DNA from: Blastocladiella emersonii ATCC 22665
Lineage: Eukaryota; Fungi; Blastocladiomycota
NCBI GenBank assembly: GCA_025594325.1
Contig: JANHCV010000014.1
Coordinates: forward strand, 186,001-250,000
Reading direction: 5' to 3'
Length of the DNA stretch: 64,000 nucleotides
The first letter of the stretch is position 1. The number at the start of each line of letters is the position of its first letter. The notes beneath the pieces were generated by a model, which was not told where the DNA came from, did no database searches, and saw nothing but the letters and a program-made list of their open reading frames with translations. Shown here piece by piece: positions 54,801 to 64,000 of this stretch. A program made the translations under genes and the position numbers.

Positions 54801-57675
54801 GAGGGGCTCGCGAATGTCATCGGGAACGTGTTTGCGTTCGACGAGGTTGACGACGCCGCGCGCGCGGTGATCAAGGCCGCGCTCAAGAAGCACGGGATCC
54901 CCGTGCCCAGCGACGACGACGGGTTCGCCGTCGCGCTCGCCGTCGCGGCGCCGCTCCCGCGCGACCGGCCCGCGCGCGGGTCGTGGTCGCTCGATCCCGC
55001 CCAGACGGTCCCCGTCACCCGCACCCCTGTCGCCCTGCGCGGCGGCTGGCCCGTATCCCCGACATCCGCCACCCCAACCCCGCTCGCGCGCACCGACGCC
55101 CGGAGCAATGTTTTCAGCGAGGAGCTCTTCGCGCTGCAGCTCCCGACCGACTCCCCGATCCTGGCCGCGCACGCGCGCGACGGCCAGCTGCACCTCGTGT
55201 TCACGTCGCCCATCGCGCTCGCCACAGTCGATCTGGCGGACTGGACCGTCTCCGTCACGGGGCTCCACGAGTACTTCCCGCTGCAGCGCGGGTTCCCGGC
55301 GCTCCGCGTCGTCGCGCTCGGCGGCAGCGAGCGCGGGGTGGTGCTCGTCAACGGCGACGACATGTCGGTTCTGGTCCTGCGCGGCGGTAAGGCGTGGAGC
55401 GCGTCAGTCCCTGTCGAAAAGGGGTTCGCGGCGGGCGACGTGGTCGCGGTGCCTGCCGGCGACGACGCCGTGGTGGTCGCGCAGCCCGGGTCGCGCACGG
55501 TCACCGCGGTCCGCGTTCTAGCGGGCGAGGAAGCCGAGCTCGTCAAGTGGACCCTCGGCGAACCCGTCGCCACCGCGTTCGCCGTCGCCGCGGGCGCGCT
55601 CGTGCAGACGCGCGGCGGCGCACTGGTCCTGCTCGACCCGCGCACCGGCGCCGCGCGCGTGTTCGCGCCGCAGGTGCCCGTCCCGCACCTCGCGTCCGTC
55701 GTCGCGACGAGCGACCCCGCGGTCCTCGCGGGCGTTTCCGGGGACTCGGAGCTCGTCACGCTCGACATTTCGGGCGACGACAAGTCGATCCGCGCGGCCG
55801 CCGTCGACGCGCTCGCCAACCCGTACACGAACGTGGCGCCCGTCGCCGCGTCGCTCCCCGCGACATCGACGCTCGCGATCGCGCGCCCCGTCGCGCCATC
55901 CCCCGCGCGCGCCGCGGCCGGTGGGTCGCTCGATATCTTCGACCTCGCGCACGCGACGGTGCGCCGGATCGCGGTCCCGCTGCCGCCCCCGTTCACGGCG
56001 AAGCTCAAGGCCGAGGTCGCGGGCCCGCTCGGCGCGCTCAAGGCGCCAGCGCACGACTCCCCCGCGATCCCGGCGGCCGTCGTCGTCGCCGAAGCCCCCG
56101 CCGACGGGTCGGCCGTCGTCGTCGACGAGACCGGCAAACTGCGCGTGGTCCAGGTCGCGCTGCCCGCGCTCCGCGCCGAGCTCGCCGACTGGCAGCGCGT
56201 GATTGGACGCGACGCGCCCGAGGATCTCGAGGTTGTGGTGGAGGGCGCGGGTGGGAACGAGGAGGTCGCGGCGATGCTCGCGCAGCAGATCGGCGTCGGG
56301 AAGGGCAAGGGGTCGGGGTCCGGCGAGGGCGAAGGTTCTGGCGACGGCGAGGGTGGCGAGGGCGAGGGCAGCGGGCAAGGCGGCGGGTCGGCCATCGGTC
56401 TCGATGCGGCGGCGAACGGCGGCGCGGCGCGGACCAGTCGCGAGGCGCTGGATATCGACCAGCTGATCACCAACGCCAAGGGCGATGTGGACGGGGAGAC
56501 GGCGACGAAAAAGGTGCAGATCCGCGGCGCCGAGAACGCCGGCGGAGCCATCGCGGACGCGATCCGCGACATGCACGACCGCGCGGTCCAGGAGCGCATG
56601 CGCGAGCTGAGTATGAAGGAGCACGACATGGCGGTACGCGCGCACACACACTCTCCTACGCGGCCAGCGCTGACGCATCGTGCGACCTAGGCGTACCTCA
56701 AGTACAAGCAGTCCGTGACACGCGAACTCGCGGCGCTGCGGCAGCTGCTCGAGGCGACGCAGCGCAAGCAAAAGGAGCGCGTGTGGCTCAGCCACCAGAC
56801 GACGGGCGAGCTCGACGACCGCCGGCTCGTCGACGGGCTGTGCGGCGAGCACGCCGTGTACAAGCGGCGCGGCGACGAGGACCCGACGCTCGGCGCCCTC
56901 TTTGACGTGCCGAAACGCGTCGTGTTCTGCTTCGACCTCAGCGCGTCCATGTTCAAGTTCAACGCGCACGACGCGCGGCTGCAGCGGTCGATCGAGGTCG
57001 CGCTGCGTACGTTTCGCGGCGCGCGCGCGAGGTGGACGAGTGCTGACGGCTGCGCGGGGAGGAGTGTAGTCGTGATGCAGGCGTTCAAGGGGTTCGAGTA
57101 CAAGTTCAAGTACGAGCTGCGCGGGCACTCGGGCGACAGCGCGGCGCTCGAGTTTGTCGCCGAGGACGCGTACCCGAAGAACGAGAAGGAGGAGCTCGCG
57201 GTGCTCACCAAGATGGCCGCGCACGCCCAGTACTGTCTGAGCGGCGGTACGCTTGCGCGGGTGAGGCGGGTGTGCGTGGAAACTGACGTGCGGGACGTAG
57301 ACAACACGCTCAACGCCATCAAGGAGGCGGTCAAGGATGTCGCGGGCAAGGAGTCGGACGAGGCCTTTGTCGTGGTGCTGTCGGACGCGGTACGCTCATC
57401 TGTCCCACCACCACCCTCTTCACGCGCTCACATCACACTCGCTCGCCCTTGTACAGAACCTGTCGCAGTACAACATCCAGCCCGCGGACCTCGCCGCGGC
57501 GCTGTCGAGCGACTCGCGCGTGCAGGGGTCGGTCATCTTCATCGGGACGCTCGCCGACCAGGCCGAGACGCTGCGGGCCGCGCTCCCCGGCAAGGCGCAC
57601 GTGTGCATGGACACGGGCGATCTGCCGCGGATCATGGGCCGCATCTTTGCCGGCATGATGCGCGCGAATCTGTGA
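51880..57675 (+). CDS. VWA8: VWA8 (triple AAA+ ATPase with C-terminal vWA domain), multi-exon
   Basis: LGQDVFL.G..; RDVTEGDLKQRREI; ERNVLPLLNNLLENREM.LEDG; Walker A GAKGGGKS and GAQGLGKNK; LVVDEADKAP; QTTGELDD..LVDGL.GE.AVYKRRG; MIDAS FDLSASM. About 6 introns. Confidence 0.92.
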
Positions 57676-57699
57676 GAGGTAGATAAACGTATGTGTGTT

Positions 57700-58421
57700 T
57701 TAGTCTTTGGCGGTAATGACAGCGCTGGCGGCGACGGACGCGGGCGACGGCGCGGGCACCGAGCGCAGCGGCGCCGCGGGTGACAGCGGGAGCAGGCACG
57801 CGGCGACGTGGCGGCCTTCGGCGACGAGCACATTGAAGGTGGAGCACGCGTTGCGCTACATGGCGGAGCGAGGCGTGAGCGGTCGAAGGACCAGACCGAA
57901 GCAGGCATGCGTACCGTGTTGGACACCTCGACCTGCATCCCGTTACTCGCAAACACGTCCCTGACCTCCTTCGGGAGCGCGAGCAGCGCCTTGCCCGTGC
58001 CAAACACGACGATCTCGGGCTTGTTCTTCATGACCTCGAACACGGTCAACATCTCGGGCGTCCACGTCGCGAGGCACCCGTGCATCGGGTCGTTTCCCTC
58101 GGTCGTGGGAACGTCCCACAGCAGCGCCTGGCCCTCGACGAGCAGGATCGGGCCGCGCAGGAACGTCGGGTCCGAGACGCCGCCCGTCGGGGTCGAGGAC
58201 ACGACGTAGAAGCCCTTGTCCGAGAACCGCTGCACGTTCACGCGCGAGCGGGCGGCGCCCTTGCCGAGCACGTCGAAGTCGCCGATCGTCGGGTGACGCA
58301 GCGCGCGGGTCGTGTGCAGCGAGGCAGCGAGGCGCGGGGCGGCGGCGGCGGCGGCGGTGGTGAGGGCAGGCACGCGGCGCGCGGCGGATGTCCTGAGGAG
58401 CGTCGTGGCAATGCGATTCAT
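57700..58421 (-). CDS. NDUFAF3: Complex I assembly factor NDUFAF3 (Mth938-like domain), 220 aa
   Basis: Intron 57856-57914. Motifs GPILL, KPEIVVFGTG, GMQVEVSNTRNACSTFNVL.AEGR.VAA.L.P; presequence. Confidence 0.85.
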
Positions 58422-58625
58422 GGTTGGTCGGGTGATATGTTGCATGGAGAGCAGGGAGAGCGGGGATCGGTTGCGCGGGGGTCGCCGATCGAACGAGACG
58501 GCCGAGGAGCTGCACCGCGCGCCGCGAGCGTGTTTTGCCTCACGTGGGCCGCTCATACTCTCTCAAGATCAGATTCTGTCTCCCAACCCACTTCCCCTCC
58601 CTCACGCAACAAACACATACAAGCA

Positions 58626-59391
58626 ATGGACCTACTCAAACGCGCGGCAACCGCAACCGTGACGCGGCTCGTGCACCCGGCGACCGAGAAGGCGATCGCG
58701 ACGGTCCCGCGTCTCCGTGTGCAGCTCGTGCACGCGACGGTCGAGGTGGCCACGGGCCGGCTCACGGCGGCGCTGTCGCGGTCATACGCGGCGGCGCACT
58801 TCGCGGCGCCGGTTGCGAGGCAGGTCACGCCGCCGACGTTTGTCGTCAGGCACTCGCTCAAGTGGTCGAGCGTCGCGGGGGGAGCGGAGTGGACGGTGGT
58901 CCATCGCGCGGCCATGTGTGAGGCCGACGAGTACGCTCTCATCGCTGCTGCCCTCAACCCGACTCGGGAATCACTCACCACATCGCGCGATCGTATATAG
59001 ACTCGACCCCCTCCTCGCCATCGACACCCCGTACCCCCTCCTCCCCACCCTCTCGCTCATCCTGTTCGGCTGCCACGCGTGGCCCGTGCTCGCCGCGCTC
59101 GCCGTCCTGCCGTGGGCCCTCGACACGTACGTGACGACCTTTGTCCTCGCCGTGGCCTCGGTCGCGGTCCTGTGGTCCGCCGCGCCCAAGGTCGTCGGGA
59201 GCGGGTCCGCGAAAGAGTTTGCGGCGCGCGTGCAGGAGCTCATGGTCAGCGGGCGCGCGGTCGTCGAGTGGACCGAGGCGTGCGATGCGAGCCAGGCGGG
59301 CGGGTGGGTCAGCGCTGCGGTGCCGGGGCTCGTGGCTGAGAGAGAGGAGGTAGCGGAGCAACGGCGGCCGACGCGGCAGATGGCCATGTGA
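58626..59391 (+). CDS. Uncharacterised protein with about 2 hydrophobic segments, 231 aa
   Basis: Intron 58931-59000 (GTACGC..CTCAC..TAG) joins the frames; host-like codon usage; hydrophobic stretch LLPTLSLILFG..VLAVASVAVLW. Confidence 0.6.
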
Positions 59392-59818
59392 TAGTCAATC
59401 AATACACCCGGGAGTGAGCGAAGAAGAAGAAGGCCGCGGAACAATCGGCAGGGACCAGCCTGAAGTGCGACGTGGCGCGGCGACGTGGCGGATCGCGAGA
59501 CACTCCGCGGCGCGGCGGCGGGCATGTGACTGTGGCGGCTCACGTGGGCGTGTGCCGCGGAACGCCCACCGCCGCTCCGCCCACGGCCGCGGCACCCGCG
59601 AGACGCCCACACGTTCCGCGTATAAAGGCCGCCCGCACGCCCGCTGCGCCCCCTCGCTCCCCGACTGCTAGCGTACCGACCACTCGCACTCAGGTATACA
59701 TCGATGCATCGCATGAACTCGCCCGCATGGACGCGTCGTTGCTGACGCTGCCGCCGTCCCTGCCGTCTTGCTAGTCTTCCCCCCCGCCGTCGTCGTCAAC
59801 TATACACCAACCGTCAAC

Positions 59819-60538
59819 ATGAGTGGCATGAGCTCGGTACGCTGCTCGCCCGCTCCCGCTTGCCCCACGCGCGCGCGGTGTGCTGACCACGCAACCTACC
59901 CGTAGATCATCAACTTTGCGTTCGTCATGGGCGTGATGCAGGCGGTGCAGTACTTCAAGGTGGGCGAGGGCGAGAACGACGTGATCTATATCCGCGCCGC
60001 CTACGCCTTCACCCAGCTCGCCGTCGGCGCCATCCTCTACTACATCAAGACGCGGATCGATGCCAAGAAGGGTATGTCTTCTCCCTTCTCCCCCAAACCC
60101 CTCCTCCCCCCCCCCCCACTCACCCTTCCCGCGCGCCGTCCCGTAGACGAGACCAAGATGGTCTGGACGCAGACGGGCCCCGGCGGGTCGCTCGTCGAGG
60201 GCACCGTGGCCGAGTACGACCAGGAGATGGTGCAGGCGTCGCTCAAGCAGCACGTCATCTCGCTCGTCCTCATGTCGGGCCTGCACCTGTACGGCGGCTA
60301 CCTGCAGCCCCTGATCCTGCAGGCGCTGATGCCGTGGAAGGCCCTGCTCACGGCGCCCCTGTTCCGCATCCACCTCATGGGCGCCGCGCCCGAGGGCGAC
60401 CTCGCCCGCCCCTTCCCCATCATGTCCGCGTTCGGCACCCCGAAGCAGGACGAGGCGGCCGAGGCGTACAAGGCCGACCAGGGCAAGAAGGCTAAGGGCG
60501 TGACCGGGTCGAAGAAGGAGGGCAAGAAGAACAAGTAA
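59819..60538 (+). CDS. PHO88: PHO88/SND3 ER membrane protein, 191 aa
   Basis: Introns 59837-59905 and 60072-60146. Motifs TVAEYDQE, LHLYGGYLQPLILQ.LMP.K.LL..PLFRIHL.G....DLARPF; Lys-rich tail. Confidence 0.85.
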
Positions 60539-60614
60539 AGCTCGATTCGGGGCTCATTGCGCGGTATACTTTATAAATATATTCCTCTTCTCCCACTCCA
60601 ACCATCCCACAGCA

Positions 60615-61457
60615 TCAAAAGATGGTGAGCAGCGCAAACACCGCGTACAGGAGGCCGACCGGGTACGCGACGAGGACGCGCTGCTCGGTCATGCTCAGCA
60701 CCGTCACGAACATGGTGGACGCCGAGTAGGTGCACCAGCACACGGACACGCACGACAGCACCAGCCCGATCAGCGTGCTCAGCGACAGCAGCGCCGTCAC
60801 CATGCTCTGCAGCACCATGGGCAGCAGGCAGTACCCCAGCACGCTCGCTGTCGTGCTCACGTCCACGCCGCGGTCCGACATGAGGTTCAGGATCGCGTAC
60901 ATGCTCAGGCAGCCCACCGCGCCCAGGCCGTAGATGTAGCTGAAGTGCACTTTTCCCGACTAGATTTGGGAGTGTGTGAGTGGGCGGTGGCGAGTAAGGG
61001 GCGAGACAACACGCACCAGCAGCAGAAACATGCCAAACAGGAGACAGAACAGCAGCGGGCCCGCGAGATCCGTGTCGTCCATGAGCCCGCGCTGGATCGG
61101 CCGGAACGGGTTGAGCGCCGTCACCGCCTTGTCGCGGATGTGCCCAAAGTTGATGCCGAGCTCCTCGAGCAGTGGCGGCTCGCCGTCGAGCGCGCCCGAC
61201 CCGAACGCCGCCCGGTAGTTGACCTGGATCCCGCCCGCGTTGCCGCCACCCATGGTCCCCATGTTGGCCGGCGGCGGCACACCGTACGCTGTCGGCGCCG
61301 GGCCCATGGACATGGAGCCCGACACCACGGCGCCGCTCGCGTAGCCGTAGCCGCCGCCGCCCTGTTGCTGCATCGGTTGCTGGTGAGGCGGTTGGCCGTA
61401 GCTCGCCGCGTAGAACTGCAGCGGGTCGGCTTGCGGGATCGACGTATATGATTGCAT
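60615..61457 (-). CDS. YIP1: Yip1/YIPF5 Golgi membrane protein, 261 aa
   Basis: Intron 60960-61016. Motifs [63 protein letters not shown]. Confidence 0.92.
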
Positions 61458-61710
61458 GGCGGTTACGTGTCCTTGAGGGGAGGAGCGAGGAAGCGAGAGC
61501 GCGACGTGGCGTCGACAAGGAAGAGGGCAGCCTGAAAAGCACCGCACGTGGGCGCGTTTCGGTCACGAGATGCGATGGAAATCTTGTTCTCTCGCTGCGG
61601 CGGTCGCTCGCTCATCCGGCTGCACTCGCTCACTACCCCTCCCGCTCACCCAACGCAACGAAGCACACGCCCCCACCGACCCCCTGCAACGTAACACCAC
61701 CACCACCACC

Positions 61711-63270
61711 ATGGCAGCGCGCACCGTCAACGGGCTGCCGCCGGCGCTCGACGAGACGTGCCGGTCGCTGTACGTGGGCAACCTGGACCCGCGCGTGTCG
61801 GAGCTGATGCTCGAGGAGATCTTCCGGACCGTGGGCGAGGTGACGCACGCCAAGATCATCCCCGACAAGAACTACCAGCACGGCGGGCTCAACTTCGGGT
61901 TCATCGACATGGTCGACCACCGCACCGCGCAGGCCGCGCTCGAGACGCTCAACGGGCGCAAGGTCATTGCCCACGAGATCAAGGTCAACTGGGCGTACCA
62001 GGGGAACAACGCGTCGCGCGAGGATACCACCAACCACCACCACGTGTTTGTCGGCGACCTGTCGTCGGACGTGACCGACCAGGTCCTGTTCAAGGCCTTC
62101 TCGGCGTTTGGGACCCTGACGGATGCTCGTGTCATGTGGGACATGAACACGGGCAAGTCCCGGAGGTACGGGTTCCTCGCGTTCCGCGAGCGCGACGACG
62201 CCGAGCGCGCCATCAACACCATGAACGGCGAGTGGCTCGGCGGGCGATCGATCCGCGTCAACTGGGCCAACCAGAAGAACCAGAACAACCCCGACGGCGC
62301 GCCCGGTGGTCCTTCCTCCTCGTCCCGTTTTGGCGGGGATGACGCCGACCGCTCGAGCCAACCCGCCGCCTCCTCCTCGTCCGCCGCCGGCAACAACCCG
62401 ATGGCCGCGCTCCCCGCCTCCGCCCTCCCCGCGCAACCGTCGCTGTCGTACGACGTGGTCGTCAACCAGTCGCCGCCCGCCAACGTGACGGTTTACGTCG
62501 GCAACCTGGCGGCCTCGGTGCGCGAGTCGGACCTGTTCCCGTGCTTCTCCGCGTACGGCTACGTGCACGAGGTCCGCCTCCAGCACGACCGCGGCTTCGC
62601 CTTCGTGAAAATGGACACGCACGAGAACGCCGCCATGACCATCTGCTACCTCAACGGGTTCGCGGTCCACGGACGCCCGCTCAAGGCGTCGTGGGGGAAG
62701 GATAAGTTCCTCGACAACAATGGCGGCGGCGGGAGTCCCGGGCCGCAGAGCAACCCGTACGGCGCGCCCGCGGCTGCGGCGGCGGGGTACCCGGCAGCGG
62801 TGGCGGATCCGGCCGCCGTGTACCAGCAGCAGTACGCCCAGTACTACGGCGCGTACGCCGCCGCGCCTTCGGCACCCGCGGCCGCGACGGCAACCGCGCC
62901 CATCGACCCCGCCACCCTCCCGCCCCTCACCGACCCGATCGCCGCTGCCGCCGCCGCCGCCGCCCAGGCCGCCGTCACGTACCAGATCCAGCTCCTGCAC
63001 GCCCAGCAGCACCAGGCTGCCGCGGCTGCGCCACCAACAACCGCGGCTGACGGTACCGACCCGATGGCCGCCGCTGCCGCCCAGGCCGCGGCTTCGGCGA
63101 CCGCATCCGCCGTCGCCGCGGACCCGTCGGCCAACGCACAGGAGTATTACGCGTACTACTACGCGTACTATTACCAGCAGGCGCAGGCCGCGTCCGCGGC
63201 GTCCGCCGGGTATGATGCGAGCGCGGCGACGGCGGGCGCGGCGGGTGCGGGGGCCGCGGCGGCGCAGTGA
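61711..63270 (+). CDS. PUB1: Triple-RRM poly(U)-binding protein, PUB1/TIA-1 family, 519 aa
   Basis: RRM1 LYVGNLDPRV, RRM2 VFVGDLSSDV..RYGFLAF..WLGGRSIRVNWA, RRM3 VYVGNL..RGFAFVKM; Ala/Gln/Tyr-rich tail. Confidence 0.85.
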   Translation: MAARTVNGLPPALDETCRSLYVGNLDPRVSELMLEEIFRTVGEVTHAKIIPDKNYQHGGLNFGFIDMVDHRTAQAALETLNGRKVIAHEIKVNWAYQGNNASREDTTNHHHVFVGDLSSDVTDQVLFKAFSAFGTLTDARVMWDMNTGKSRRYGFLAFRERDDAERAINTMNGEWLGGRSIRVNWANQKNQNNPDGAPGGPSSSSRFGGDDADRSSQPAASSSSAAGNNPMAALPASALPAQPSLSYDVVVNQSPPANVTVYVGNLAASVRESDLFPCFSAYGYVHEVRLQHDRGFAFVKMDTHENAAMTICYLNGFAVHGRPLKASWGKDKFLDNNGGGGSPGPQSNPYGAPAAAAAGYPAAVADPAAVYQQQYAQYYGAYAAAPSAPAAATATAPIDPATLPPLTDPIAAAAAAAAQAAVTYQIQLLHAQQHQAAAAAPPTTAADGTDPMAAAAAQAAASATASAVAADPSANAQEYYAYYYAYYYQQAQAASAASAGYDASAATAGAAGAGAAAAQ

Positions 63271-64000
63271 CCGGCCCTGCATCGTATCGCGTCGCGTCGC
63301 GGGCGGCGGTCATGCATCATGGCGGCGCCGAGATGGGGATCGTGGCGGCGGCGGCGCCGAGGCGCCGGGGCGCGGAGCAACGTGTTTTTGTGCAGGAGGA
63401 TACACGAGGTGGATTCTTTTATTTCGCTGGTCTGGTGCTGAAGGAAGGGTGCGGTGCGGTGCAGTGCGGCGCCACGGAAGGCGGAGAGAACGTGCGGCGA
63501 GAGACGCAGCGAGGGAAGGAAGCGGAACGTGGGCGGGGCGACGATGGCCGCGTGAACGCAAAGTGTCTCGCATGTCTCGCGCTGCGCCACCACCGCGCGA
63601 CGGAGCGAGTGAGCGGGCGACGCGAGCGAGCCATCCTTCTGCTGGACTTGTTCATCGGCACGCATTGCGTCGCGAGCCGAAGGTACCGATGCCCGTGGTC
63701 GCGCGCTGAGGTTGCTGTGAGAGGCGACGGCGGCTGTCTTCGCGCCGACGCGAAGAAGCTGTGGACTGAGCTCGACCGCATCGACGACGTTCCACATCGC
63801 AACCGTTGACGTAGCTCTCTGCTGGCGCGACCTCGGCCGCGACGGCATCACCGCTGTGTCGAGGCGGTGCGGCTCTGTGCTCGCGGACCACCGTCGCCGC
63901 CGTCTCTCGCGCGCTGGCGGACGCTGCTCGCACCGCGCTTGGCCCCACGATCGACGGCTTCACTCGCATCAGGGACGCCGAGGCAGACGGCGACGAGTGA

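Overview
GC-rich eukaryotic (fungal) genomic DNA. Short 54-83 nt GT-AG introns with CTRAC-type branch points, a fused TRP5 and very GC-biased codons suggest an early-diverging fungus, possibly Blastocladiomycota (inference). Compact housekeeping blocks lie at both ends. Left: POP7, PGM, SCC4-like, head-to-head TRP4/TRP5. Right: NCE101-like, TRM61-like, VPS5, VWA8, NDUFAF3, PHO88, YIP1, PUB1-like. They flank a ~33 kb accessory region (13.9-47.2 kb). That region is dominated by a family of ~800-aa proteins with an N-terminal F-box-like motif and no body domain I recognise. I count 9 copies in the window: 4 intact, 1 inactivated by a solo LTR, 3 frameshifted, 1 truncated. The ORF track shows each copy as two ORFs, but a conserved phase-1 intron joins them into one gene. 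Seven copies share a palindromic upstream motif, and the 3' ends show patchwork sequence exchange. The two sub-arrays converge on a centre holding an AIG1/GIMAP-like GTPase with a Cys-rich tail, GCDH, a non-autonomous hAT element (21-bp TIRs, 8-bp TSD) and a 2.8-kb inverted repeat with ~1.3-kb arms. All coordinates and alignments were done by eye; no databases were searched.
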